DNA of 64,000 nt from a virus (lineage: Duplodnaviria; Caudoviricetes), in IMG/VR virus record IMGVR_UViG_3300003320_000853; one strand, 5' to 3'. The translations under genes and the position numbers were made by a program. Below are positions 1 to 8,822 of the stretch, in pieces. The notes below the pieces were generated by a model. The model worked only from the letters and a program-made list of their open reading frames with translations, searched no databases and had not been told where the DNA came from. The stretch's first letter is position 1; every line of letters begins with the position of its first letter.

Positions 1-603
1 GGCGCTTGCAAGGCATGCCCCACCTGTGACGAGAGCGAGGGCCCGAGAGATTACCCCGACAGCGGCGGGCACGACGACAACATCCCGTTCGCAGCCTCCC
101 GGGTTGCTGCAAGATTCGCGGCCCTCGAAGGTCTCCCCCGGGATCCTTCCCCGATCAGGGGGCTCGCGCCCGAGGACACGGACAACTACTGGGGCTGGCA
201 GTACACCAGAGGTTTCCTCGACGCGGGACCGCTCCCGCACCTGGCGTCCCGCGTACGCTCCCGATTCCGGCGCGACAACGCCAGACGGACCGCGGCCATT
301 GCAGGAGCGCTTCCGTTGCCTCCAGAGCTCCAGGGCCATCCGGCTCTCACGCAAGGGCTCACGACGATCGAGAATGCGAATGGCTTTCTCGGGACAATCG
401 AGGATGAGGCCGGCACGTGGATCGCGTGGGTTGAGCCGAGCGGTGAAGCCGTGCTCTACACGAATCGGGAGCCTGACGGAGGAACCATCGGCGACGGCTA
501 CGCCTTCCGACGGGATGACCTCGTCACGGCGCCGACGCTCACGGTGCCCAACCCTCTTCTCCGGCACGCACCTAGACAAGAACAAGGCCCTACCAACGGG
601 TAG
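1..603 (+). CDS. Hypothetical protein, 5'-truncated by window edge
   Basis: Frame +1 is open from base 1 to the stop at 601-603; contains ASRVAARF and LASRVRSRF motifs. Confidence 0.7.
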   Translation, partial: GACKACPTCDESEGPRDYPDSGGHDDNIPFAASRVAARFAALEGLPRDPSPIRGLAPEDTDNYWGWQYTRGFLDAGPLPHLASRVRSRFRRDNARRTAAIAGALPLPPELQGHPALTQGLTTIENANGFLGTIEDEAGTWIAWVEPSGEAVLYTNREPDGGTIGDGYAFRRDDLVTAPTLTVPNPLLRHAPRQEQGPTNG

Positions 604-626
604 TGTTCTTGTAGGGCGCACTTTGC

Positions 627-1322
627 ATGATCTGCAAAGTGTCGGAGTGTGGGCAGGGAGTGTGCGCGCAAGGTCTGTGTCGAAAGCACTACCGCAAGGC
701 CCGCCTCGAAGGGACGATCGAGATCAAGTCCAAGCATGGGGGATGCAAGGCTCCTGAATGCCCGAAGCCCCACTACGCCAAGGGGTTCTGTGACGAGCAC
801 TACTGGCTCCAAAAGAACAGCGGAGGCCTTGTCCGGACGCGAGCCCGTTCCGGATCGGTCAAACGAGCGAACGGGTACCGCTTCGTCGGCGTAGACGGGA
901 AGATGGTACCCGAGCACCGACACCTGATGGAGATCCATCTCAGGAGGCCCCTCCAGAAAAACGAGGTGATCTCACACAAGAACGGGGATCCCTCGGACAA
1001 CCGCCTTGACAATCTGGAACTGTACGTTCCCGGAACTGGAGGGTATGTCGCCTGGAACGGGTACCGCATCCTCCACAAGGGCGGGTACGATATCCCCGAG
1101 CATCGGTACATCATGGAGCAGATCCTCGGGCGCCAGCTCCGAGCGGGAGAGAACGTCCATCACAAGAACGGGGATCGCCTGGACAACCGGCCGGAGAATT
1201 TGGAGCTGTGGTCGTGCCATCAGCCGAGCGGCCAACGGGTTGTCGACAAGGTTCAGTGGGCCCGCGAGATCCTTCGCCAGTACGAGACCGATCTGGAGAT
1301 CCTCATGCAGCTCGATCGGTAA
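627..1322 (+). CDS. HNH homing endonuclease with two Cys/His zinc-finger repeats and two HNH domains
   Basis: EHRHLME..HKNGDPSDNRLDNLEL and EHRYIME..HHKNGDRLDNRPENLELW; CxxxxC..GxCxxHY repeats. Confidence 0.9.
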   Translation: MICKVSECGQGVCAQGLCRKHYRKARLEGTIEIKSKHGGCKAPECPKPHYAKGFCDEHYWLQKNSGGLVRTRARSGSVKRANGYRFVGVDGKMVPEHRHLMEIHLRRPLQKNEVISHKNGDPSDNRLDNLELYVPGTGGYVAWNGYRILHKGGYDIPEHRYIMEQILGRQLRAGENVHHKNGDRLDNRPENLELWSCHQPSGQRVVDKVQWAREILRQYETDLEILMQLDR

Positions 1323-1343
1323 CCCTCTTCTAGGAGGCCGGAA

Positions 1344-2432
1344 GTGATGAGCACGACCCAGGCTCTTCGCGTGCTGGCGAAGTATAAAGCCAAAAAGAAG
1401 GTCAAGAACAAGGACGGGGAGGAAACGACCGTCTACGAGTACAGCGACAAGCAGATCGCGAACCGGAACCGCGAGAAGGCGAAGCGCATCGAGAAGCTCC
1501 GCCACAAGATCGACGACGTTCGAGCCAAGGTCAAGAAGGACATGAAGTCCGCTGACCCCGAAAAGATGCTCACGGCGCTCGCGGTCGGGCTCATGGACCA
1601 CACGTTCGAACGGGTCGGGAACGAAGAGTCTGCCGACGAGGGCCATTTCGGGGTCACTGGATGGCAGCGGAAGCACGTCTCGTTCGGCAAGGATGTGACC
1701 ATCAAGTACGTCGGCAAGAGCGGCGTCAAGCACGAGAAGAAGGTCACCGACCCGGCCCTCAAGAAGGCGCTCCGGGACGCCTATGAAGCCAGCGACGACG
1801 AGGACGCGAGCCTCTTCGAGTACGAGGGGGGAAAGGTTACGGCCGAGAAAGTCAACGCCTACCTCAAGGAGTTCGACGTCACGGCGAAGGACATCCGCGG
1901 GATGCACGCCAACGTCGAGATGCAGGAGCGTCTCAAGGAAGTCCGGAAGAAGGGCGGCAAGCTCCCCGAGGACAAGAAGAAGCGAGAGAAGCAGCTCAAG
2001 GACGAGTTCAAGGAAGCGCTCGAAGGAGCCGCCGAGGCTGTGGGGCACGAACCCTCGACGCTCAAGAGCCAGTACCTCGTCCCCGGCCTGGAGGAGTCGT
2101 ACCTCAAGGATGGGACGGTCGTCGACAAGCTCTCCCATCGCGTCCTGGCGCGTTTCCTGGCGGCGACGCAGATTGCCTATGGGCCAGCGGGCGCATGCCT
2201 CACCTTCCAGGCAGACTTCCCCCTGACCACCCCGTGCGAGAAGTGTGGGGCAGATGCGTCCCTTCACGTCACGCTGTCCGAAGATGGCCCGACTCTGGAG
2301 ACGTACAGGCCAGAGTACGATGCAGCCGTTGCTCGGGGTTGGGTCGATCCCGTGGGCCACGACCTTGCGGCGTTCGCGACCTACATTTGCCCGGAATGTT
2401 ACGCGGCGACGACACTCTGGAATCAGGCGTGA
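1344..2432 (+). CDS. Type IB DNA topoisomerase (poxvirus/bacterial-like core) with C-terminal Cys4 domain
   Basis: Catalytic motifs RVGNE, YVGKSGV, TAKDIRG and VGHEPSTLKSQY (catalytic Tyr). Confidence 0.85.
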   Translation: MMSTTQALRVLAKYKAKKKVKNKDGEETTVYEYSDKQIANRNREKAKRIEKLRHKIDDVRAKVKKDMKSADPEKMLTALAVGLMDHTFERVGNEESADEGHFGVTGWQRKHVSFGKDVTIKYVGKSGVKHEKKVTDPALKKALRDAYEASDDEDASLFEYEGGKVTAEKVNAYLKEFDVTAKDIRGMHANVEMQERLKEVRKKGGKLPEDKKKREKQLKDEFKEALEGAAEAVGHEPSTLKSQYLVPGLEESYLKDGTVVDKLSHRVLARFLAATQIAYGPAGACLTFQADFPLTTPCEKCGADASLHVTLSEDGPTLETYRPEYDAAVARGWVDPVGHDLAAFATYICPECYAATTLWNQA

Positions 2433-2491
2433 CGGTGTAGACTTCCGCCCGTCAATCGCGACGGATCCTCTTTTCACCGCTCACGAGTAAA

Positions 2492-3553
2492 ATGCACTAC
2501 CTGAATCCGAATCGAAAGTCTGCGCACGTCGTCATCTTCTACCGGAACTTCCTGTCGATGCCTGGGGGCTACTGCCACGTCGGGCTCGGGAACAACGGGC
2601 TCCAAACGGCCAAGGTGCTGCGCAAGAACGGCATCCGCGCCGACCTCTACGGCGTCCGGGAGGCGTCCGACATCCGCCAGATCCTGGCAGGGATCGGCCC
2701 GGCAACGCATGTCGTCATCGAGGCGTTCTGGGTGTCACTTTCCGATCTCCAGTCGCTCATGGCCGAGTTCCCCAACTCGCATTTCATCGTCCGGAGCCAC
2801 AGTCAGATCAGCTTCCTCCAGGTCGAGGCGGGCGCGATCAAGAACCTCCGGGATCTCGTGACGCACCAGGAGGGGGTGCTCAACCTCACGGTAGCGGCCA
2901 ACAACCAGAAGATGTGCGACTTCGTCGAGAAGACGTACCTCGGGCGGTGCCTCTACCTGCCCAACCTCTACGATGTCGAGCGGGTTCACCGGCGCATGCC
3001 CATGGTGCCCCACACGCACCGAACGCTGCGGATCGGATCCTTCGGAGCTCTCCGGCTCCTCAAGAACCACACGGCGGCAGCGGCGGCGGCCCTGCTCATC
3101 GCCGAGCGGAAGCGCTGCGATCTGGAGTTCTGGATCAGCGTCAACCGCAGGGAGAACAACGGGGCGGAGGGCATCCTCCACTCGCTCCGGAACATGTTCC
3201 AGGGGCTCCCCTGGGCGAAGCTCCACGAGCACCCATGGGAGATGTGGCCGGACTTCCGGCGCAGCATCGCCCACATGGATCTCGCCATGCAGGTCTCCTT
3301 TACGGAGACGTTCAACATCACGGCTGCCGATGCGGTCACCGAGGGAGTGCCTTGCGTGACGGGCCCGGCGATCGAATGGGTGCCTCGCGACTGGCAGGCG
3401 GACGTCGACACGGCGGCCGACATCGCCCGGGTGGGCATGGCTCTCCTCGGCGACCCGCAAGCGGCCGAGGACGGGCTGGAAGCTCTCACGAACTACGTCC
3501 GCATGGGGACGGAGCGCTGGCTCCACTACCTCGATCAGAACCCCACCAACTAG
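2492..3553 (+). CDS. GT-B (GT4-like) glycosyltransferase
   Basis: SFGALRLLKN and SFTETFNITAADAVTEGVPCV donor-binding motifs. Confidence 0.75.
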   Translation: MHYLNPNRKSAHVVIFYRNFLSMPGGYCHVGLGNNGLQTAKVLRKNGIRADLYGVREASDIRQILAGIGPATHVVIEAFWVSLSDLQSLMAEFPNSHFIVRSHSQISFLQVEAGAIKNLRDLVTHQEGVLNLTVAANNQKMCDFVEKTYLGRCLYLPNLYDVERVHRRMPMVPHTHRTLRIGSFGALRLLKNHTAAAAAALLIAERKRCDLEFWISVNRRENNGAEGILHSLRNMFQGLPWAKLHEHPWEMWPDFRRSIAHMDLAMQVSFTETFNITAADAVTEGVPCVTGPAIEWVPRDWQADVDTAADIARVGMALLGDPQAAEDGLEALTNYVRMGTERWLHYLDQNPTN

Positions 3554-3554
3554 A

Positions 3555-3845
3555 TCACTCGGGGTAGACGGGGATCCGGTGCGTGAAATTCTTGGGGCGC
3601 TTCCGGATCGCCTCGCCACTTCTCTCCAGCCATTCGGCCAACCGATCCAGGGCCTCGTCCGTTGACGCACAGGCGGGCCCCTGGATCGCCATGCCAGCTT
3701 CGGCCTGACCCGCGGGCGTGATGTTGAGGGTGAGATCGAGACTGAGCGTCGTACCCGTAGATCCCGGCGTCGTGTGCTCTACCTCGTAGGTGGCGATCAG
3801 GTGATCTTGGGAGTCTCTCTTGACACTTTTGAGCTTCAGGGCCAT
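3555..3845 (-). CDS. Hypothetical protein
   Basis: ORF with GGTGTAA 8 nt upstream of ATG. Confidence 0.75.
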   Translation of the reverse strand: MALKLKSVKRDSQDHLIATYEVEHTTPGSTGTTLSLDLTLNITPAGQAEAGMAIQGPACASTDEALDRLAEWLERSGEAIRKRPKNFTHRIPVYPE

Positions 3846-3862
3846 GGGGCCCCTTACACCGC

Positions 3863-4750
3863 CTAGAACTCCTGGTCGAGCTGCCCCAGGAGGTCGAAGG
3901 GGTCGGCTGCACGCGCGACTCCCTTGCCGAGAACGAGCACCTCGTTCACCGGGCCGCGGGCATCGCCCTTCGAGTTGATGCTCCGCCGAGCTTGGATGAT
4001 CTTGATCTCGAATCCCGCGTAGAGCTCGCGGATCTCGGAGGCGTCCGAATTCGATAGCATCACGGAGACCCCACGGTTGGACAGATCGCGGAAGACTTCC
4101 GCCAGCGCCTTCTGGTCGTCCATCGTGAAGTCGTCGGTCGTGTAGGACGTGAAGTCGCTCGTCTTCGAGACCGGGATGTATGGGGGATCGAAGTACACGA
4201 AATCATTGCGGAGAGCCGCCTCCTTGACCCAGGCGTAGCTCTCGTGCCTCACGTAGGTGCTCTGGAGAAGCTCTGAGCACGCGCGGATGTTCTCGGGGTC
4301 GTAGAAGTTGACGTTGATGTTCTTGCCCCACGGGGCGTTGAACTCGCCCTTCTTGTTCATCCTGTGGAGCCCGTTGAAGGCCGTCTTGTTGAGGAAGAGA
4401 AAGCGGGCTGCGCGCTCGATCTCGTTCGGAGGCTTGCCCGAACGGACGGCCTTGAAGACGGCTAGTGGATCGGCGTGCGATCGGTAAAGGTCGGCCATGC
4501 GATCCACGGCCTGCATGAACTCGACCGATCGACCCTGCACGATCGCATAGAGGTTGGTGAGCTCTTCGTTGAGGTCGCTGATGAAGGCCCGATTGAAGCG
4601 GCCCTCGGACGCGAGCCGCCAGAAGAGCGCGCCACCCCCAAGGAAGGGCTCGAAATAGGTCTCGATATTTTTGGGGATGTAGGGGAGGAGGTCGGGGAGC
4701 AGTTCGCGCTTACCGCCGACCCATTTGATGAAAGGTTTGGCGTCGGGCAT
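3863..4750 (-). CDS. dam: DNA adenine methyltransferase (Dam/D12 class)
   Basis: KPFIKWVGGK, YFEPFLGGGA and FVYFDPPY motifs. Confidence 0.93.
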   Translation of the reverse strand: MPDAKPFIKWVGGKRELLPDLLPYIPKNIETYFEPFLGGGALFWRLASEGRFNRAFISDLNEELTNLYAIVQGRSVEFMQAVDRMADLYRSHADPLAVFKAVRSGKPPNEIERAARFLFLNKTAFNGLHRMNKKGEFNAPWGKNINVNFYDPENIRACSELLQSTYVRHESYAWVKEAALRNDFVYFDPPYIPVSKTSDFTSYTTDDFTMDDQKALAEVFRDLSNRGVSVMLSNSDASEIRELYAGFEIKIIQARRSINSKGDARGPVNEVLVLGKGVARAADPFDLLGQLDQEF

Positions 4751-4767
4751 CTCACGCCCTACACCAC

Positions 4768-4932
4768 CTATCTCTGGTAGTCAGACGCGCTGGACGTCTT
4801 GCGGAAGGTGAGCACGAAGCACCCATCGGTTTCCCTGAATGTGCTCCGAGACACATTGACGTCCCAGCCGCCCTGCGTGCGGTACATGTCGGCCAGGTGG
4901 TTCACCACGCGGGACGAGAACTTGCCGTCCAT
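4768..4932 (-). CDS. Small hypothetical protein (54 aa, MDGKFSSRVVNHL...)
   Basis: Own translation; fills the gap between neighbours with coding-like codon use. Confidence 0.45.
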   Translation of the reverse strand: MDGKFSSRVVNHLADMYRTQGGWDVNVSRSTFRETDGCFVLTFRKTSSASDYQR

Positions 4933-4940
4933 GGTGATAT

Positions 4941-5126
4941 TCAGCGCCCCTCCGTCCAGGTTTCCACGATCGTGTACGTGTACGTCGCCATCACCCCCGA
5001 GTTGATCCGCCGCTCGATCGCAGCAATGGCCTCCTCCCGGGTGTCCATCCGGTCGTCGGTGAGGTCGAAGCTACCGTTGTACTCGACCCTGGCGACCACA
5101 AACTTGTGCTCGATCTTTCTGGGCAT
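4941..5126 (-). CDS. Small hypothetical protein
   Basis: ORF preceded by AGGAG Shine-Dalgarno sequence. Confidence 0.65.
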   Translation of the reverse strand: MPRKIEHKFVVARVEYNGSFDLTDDRMDTREEAIAAIERRINSGVMATYTYTIVETWTEGR

Positions 5127-5133
5127 GGCGCTC

Positions 5134-5994
5134 CTACATGCCCGCCTTCGGGTTGATCAACCCGAGGAGCGTCATCTCCAGGAGAACTTTGTCGTTGACA
5201 GCCTTGTAGTTGATCCTACGGGTCGCGAGCGGATCAACCGCTTCCTCGAAGGGAGTCTCCACGGGTCGCCCTGAGATGCGGCTCGCCTCTTGGCAGAAGC
5301 GCTGGAAGGCCCGGTCGTGCCAGGGAGGCACCCAGGCTCCGCTGCGGCAGATGAAGATGCGATCGACGGTGCCGGAGACATCGCCCACCATGGGGTCGGG
5401 CCAGACGACGGGCTCAACCCGGGCGGACACGTTGAAGTCTTCCCGGCCGTCGTCGGTCGCCATGTCAGGGAACCGCTTTTCCATGATGTTCCAGTCCCGC
5501 ATCCCCTTCCATGCGGGGAAGACCACGAGGCTCGCGAGCTCGGGGTAGCGGAGCAGGGTCATCATCTGCCAGTTGTCGCACCCGGGATCTTCGTGGGCAA
5601 TCGAGGCTTCGAGCCCGGGGACGCTGTACAAGAGGTCGTGGTGCGCGTCGAAGTGAACAAGCTGGATCGTCTCCGGTCGCGGTCCCGTGCTGGCGTCGAA
5701 GGCGAAGTACGCCCACTTGTGGCTGTCCGCCACCACGAGGCTCCGCACCTGGTCGAAGCGGTAACTGAGGTTCTCCAGGGTCTTCCAGAAGGCTTTCGGC
5801 TTCGGGTTCGACCGGACGAGAGCCATCGACAGACGAAGGTCGACGCTGCCACCGCGAAGCTGGTGCTCCGCCAATCGCGCCGTCCAGGCGAACTCGATCC
5901 CCGTCTTCGTCTCCGAGTGGTTCCAGCCCCACCTGGAATCCTCGAAGACGAAGTAGTCGAAGTCGATGCTCAACCAGATGTGAGACCGACTCAC
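5134..5994 (-). CDS. Arginase/deacetylase-fold (UPF0489-like) metal-dependent hydrolase
   Basis: LSIDFDYF, DSH, HFDAHHD and ICRSxxWxP motifs; GTG start overlaps upstream stop. Confidence 0.6.
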   Translation of the reverse strand: MSRSHIWLSIDFDYFVFEDSRWGWNHSETKTGIEFAWTARLAEHQLRGGSVDLRLSMALVRSNPKPKAFWKTLENLSYRFDQVRSLVVADSHKWAYFAFDASTGPRPETIQLVHFDAHHDLLYSVPGLEASIAHEDPGCDNWQMMTLLRYPELASLVVFPAWKGMRDWNIMEKRFPDMATDDGREDFNVSARVEPVVWPDPMVGDVSGTVDRIFICRSGAWVPPWHDRAFQRFCQEASRISGRPVETPFEEAVDPLATRRINYKAVNDKVLLEMTLLGLINPKAGM

Positions 5995-6260
5995 AGACCC
6001 TCGAATGGGTCGTCCCCCAGAAGGGCCTGCGCGACGGGGTTGGGTTTCGGAGGGACGTAGATGTCTACGATTGCGTTGTATCCGAAGGGCTCCTTGACGA
6101 GGAGCCCCGCCTTGCACAGTGCCTTGAAGGCTTCGGCCGGCAACCGGATCGACCCGTTCCCCAACCTGATGAGGGCACGTCCATCCTGGTGGACGTAAAC
6201 GACCTGGATTGGATCCGCCTTCCGGAAGAATTCCTCGAATGAGCCGTCGTCCTTGCTCAC
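5991..6260 (-). CDS. Hypothetical protein with C-terminal tag variant (PVAQALLGDDPFEGL)
   Basis: ORF in operon-like array; shared tail motif. Confidence 0.75.
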   Translation of the reverse strand: MSKDDGSFEEFFRKADPIQVVYVHQDGRALIRLGNGSIRLPAEAFKALCKAGLLVKEPFGYNAIVDIYVPPKPNPVAQALLGDDPFEGL

Positions 6261-6264
6261 GACC

Positions 6265-7002
6265 CTACCTCCGGGCCGAATAGCCGATGGTGGCCACGGT
6301 GAACACGATGACGTCGTAGGCGAAGTGCACGGTGATCGCCGCCCACAGGCCGTGGGTGAACATCAGCCAGAAGAAGAACATCCCGGCGAACCAGGAATTG
6401 ATGATCCCGAAGAGCCCCTGGTACTTGTGGCCGTCCCGGAAGAATGAATTGGCCGAGATCACGGCGGCTCCCACGGCCCACCCGCCCGGGTGGAAGAGGA
6501 TGCCGTGCATCCTCTGGAGGGTCGTCCAGTCGGCGAACGCACAGAGAACGTTGACGTAGATCCAGCGGATGATGTTGATGTCTGCGAAGCCGAGGAAGAC
6601 CCAGTTCGATACCTTCACGCCGACGATTGCACCGAGGAAGATGAGCCAGCGGAAGCAGACCTCCTCCATGAAGCCGGCCCACGCGGCGAGGAACATCCGG
6701 CCGACCCACAGGGCCCCGGGGTTCGGAGCATCGAAGCGAAACGCCCGCCCGAGGACGCGTTCGAAGGGATTCCGCTTCGCCGACTGGACGAACTCCAGGA
6801 ACGTCTGGACGACGAAGCCCCAGATGAAGAGCGGGACGCCGAGGGCCAGCCATTCGGTGACGTCGCCCTTGCTCGTCCAGAGGTAGAAGGTTGGGATCGG
6901 GATGACGCCAGGCCACAGCCCGTTGACGATCCAGATGACGATCGCAGAGAGGATGGCGCTCGCGATGTAGCTCCGCTTGTTGTCTTTCAGGCTCGCGTTC
7001 AC
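6265..7002 (-). CDS. CPBP/CAAX-family intramembrane metalloprotease
   Basis: Multiple TM segments; EEVCFR, FFRDGH and AAITVHFAYD motifs. Confidence 0.85.
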   Translation of the reverse strand: MNASLKDNKRSYIASAILSAIVIWIVNGLWPGVIPIPTFYLWTSKGDVTEWLALGVPLFIWGFVVQTFLEFVQSAKRNPFERVLGRAFRFDAPNPGALWVGRMFLAAWAGFMEEVCFRWLIFLGAIVGVKVSNWVFLGFADINIIRWIYVNVLCAFADWTTLQRMHGILFHPGGWAVGAAVISANSFFRDGHKYQGLFGIINSWFAGMFFFWLMFTHGLWAAITVHFAYDVIVFTVATIGYSARR

Positions 7003-7003
7003 A

Positions 7004-7028
7004 GGTGACCCTTACACCAAGGGTCACC
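7004..7028. promoter_or_regulatory. 10-bp perfect inverted repeat with the GGTGT(A) element as loop
   Basis: GGTGACCCTT-ACACC-AAGGGTCACC just upstream of the minus-strand CPBP gene. Confidence 0.55.
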
Positions 7029-7323
7029 CCAGATCGTCGTTGAGGAGCACTTCCCACGCCGTAGGACGGTGCTTGGGTACGAATGCTCCTGGCGGGTAAT
7101 ATTTCACGAGACCGCTGCAACGGGTGCAATAGTTGATCGTCCCGCCCTTCTTGAAGCGTCCCGAGTCTTCCGGGATCATGTGGGTCTTGCGATCCCTCGG
7201 GTGATGCGGACACCCCTTCTGGGAAGCTTCAAAGAGATCCCGGAGCAACGCCTTCTCTTTCTCGTCACCCTTCCGGATGGACCGGACGAATTTGCGGAGC
7301 AGGGTGTTATTCTCGTATCCCAT
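7024..7323 (-). CDS. Zn-binding hypothetical protein with C-terminal tag (RPTAWEVLLNDDLG)
   Basis: CPHH...CTRC; ATG overlaps rnhB stop. Confidence 0.75.
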   Translation of the reverse strand: MGYENNTLLRKFVRSIRKGDEKEKALLRDLFEASQKGCPHHPRDRKTHMIPEDSGRFKKGGTINYCTRCSGLVKYYPPGAFVPKHRPTAWEVLLNDDLG

Positions 7324-8027
7324 CAGTCCTCCTCCTGGATGGGTACTTCCCATGCGGTACAGGGTTCGTCCACGGGGGCAACGACCTCAGCCACGGGAGC
7401 AAAGCTCCGCCGGTGGATCGGACAGGGGCCAAGCCGTTGGAGAGCTTCCCGATGGATGTTGCCCTTGCCTGCGTACCCCTTGTTCGAGACGAAATTGTAC
7501 CCGGGGTAGAGCTTGTCCGCTTCGATCATCATCCGGTCACGAAGGGTCTTGCCGATGAGGCTCGCCGCTGAGACCGCCGGGACATGCCCGTCCGCCCGCG
7601 GTTCGGAATAGATCCCGTTGCCGAGCGGAAGCGCACCATCGGCGATGCAGAAGGCGTCTGGGACTTCGCGCCGGAGCGCTTCGTGGAGATGCTGGTGAGC
7701 ACGGATGAGGGTGGCGTAGATCCCCTGATCATCGAGCTTGTCATGCGGCGTCTCGTGTATGAGGAAGCGCACCAGCGGGTCGGCGCGGATCGCATCGGAG
7801 AGGCGTTCGCGTTCAGCCTCTTTCTTGACCTTCTTCGAATCGGTCACCCCGGGCGGAGGTGCCCAGTTCCCCGGCACGAGGACGCCCACGACGACGAGGG
7901 GCCCAGCCCACGCGCCGTAGCCTACCTCGTCGGTGCCAATGACCCACGGAGCTTCGCGGGCGGCGCGAAGCACGTCCTCGGGGAAGTCCTCGTAGGTCGG
8001 GGCAGAGCGGAGACGGGCGAGAGGCAT
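7323..8027 (-). CDS. rnhB: Ribonuclease HII
   Basis: GTDEVGYGAWAGP, DSKK, IADG, VSAASLIGK..RD, NKGY, GPCPIHRRSF. Confidence 0.92.
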   Translation of the reverse strand: MPLARLRSAPTYEDFPEDVLRAAREAPWVIGTDEVGYGAWAGPLVVVGVLVPGNWAPPPGVTDSKKVKKEAERERLSDAIRADPLVRFLIHETPHDKLDDQGIYATLIRAHQHLHEALRREVPDAFCIADGALPLGNGIYSEPRADGHVPAVSAASLIGKTLRDRMMIEADKLYPGYNFVSNKGYAGKGNIHREALQRLGPCPIHRRSFAPVAEVVAPVDEPCTAWEVPIQEED

Positions 8028-8251
8028 CAGATCGTGATCAGGGTGTGAGGGCAGGAGATGCACGACCACGGATAGAGGTTCTTGTCGATCCCCTCTGCTT
8101 CGGTGACCTCGACGATCCAGAAGTCGATGAGGTGCTGTGATGCCTGGCCCCTGATGCGTCCCTTCCCCTTGACCCCCGTACCGAAGTCGAAATGCACCTC
8201 TTGCCCCTCGGTGTAGACGGGCTTCTCTTGACCGCGAATGTCGAGCGCCAT
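8027..8251 (-). CDS. Small beta-rich hypothetical protein
   Basis: ORF with GGTGTAG 9 nt upstream; stop overlaps rnhB ATG. Confidence 0.75.
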   Translation of the reverse strand: MALDIRGQEKPVYTEGQEVHFDFGTGVKGKGRIRGQASQHLIDFWIVEVTEAEGIDKNLYPWSCISCPHTLITI

Positions 8252-8822
8252 GGCGAGATCCTACACCGATCGTTTCAAAGCGGCGCGGCGTCGTCGAGAG
8301 CTACGGGAGCGTGCAGTCGCCTACCTTGGGGGCCAATGCCAGGCGTGCGGCTATGCCAAGAGCGCGATGGCGTTCGACTTCCACCACCCCGACCCTTTGG
8401 CGAAGGACTTCACGATCTCCGAGAAGATGACCTCGTGGGATCGGATCCGACCAGAGCTGGACAAGTGCTACTTGGTTTGTGCGAATTGCCATAGGCTGAT
8501 CCATGCCGGTGAGTTGGCGGGGTTCCTGATCGACGAAAGCTACGACCGTGGGTGGGTTGATGAAGACCTTGACCCCACCGATCAGGTCGATCATACTGTT
8601 GCCGATGCCAACTTGCAAGTGTGGGGAGGTGAACGAAGGGAGGTTCTACCGGCGGCAGAACGGGAGCTTCCGGACGCCCTGCAAGGCGTGCATCAAGCTC
8701 CGACGCACGGCCTACGATCAGAAGAACTCCGTTCCCCTCAAGAATCACAGAACGCAGTACCTCCTCCGGAACCGCGAGCACACCAACGCCAGGAACCTTC
8801 GGAGGATGAATTTCCGTCGTGA
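8250..8822 (+). CDS. HNH endonuclease
   Basis: GGQCQACGY..FDFHH.DP..K....ELDKC.LVCANCHR. Confidence 0.8.
   Translation: MARSYTDRFKAARRRRELRERAVAYLGGQCQACGYAKSAMAFDFHHPDPLAKDFTISEKMTSWDRIRPELDKCYLVCANCHRLIHAGELAGFLIDESYDRGWVDEDLDPTDQVDHTVADANLQVWGGERREVLPAAERELPDALQGVHQAPTHGLRSEELRSPQESQNAVPPPEPRAHQRQEPSEDEFPS

Noticed and set aside
70-90. SSB C-terminal tail (DDNIPF)
   Set aside because: It is internal to an ORF that continues for about 170 more codons.
1326-1332. TCTTCTA as a second promoter class (also at 50305-50311)
   Set aside because: Only two upstream instances with different spacing; insufficient support.
3863-3920. Dam tail ADPFDLLGQLDQEF as a copy of the tag
   Set aside because: Order of elements differs and the Trp is absent; too weak to count.
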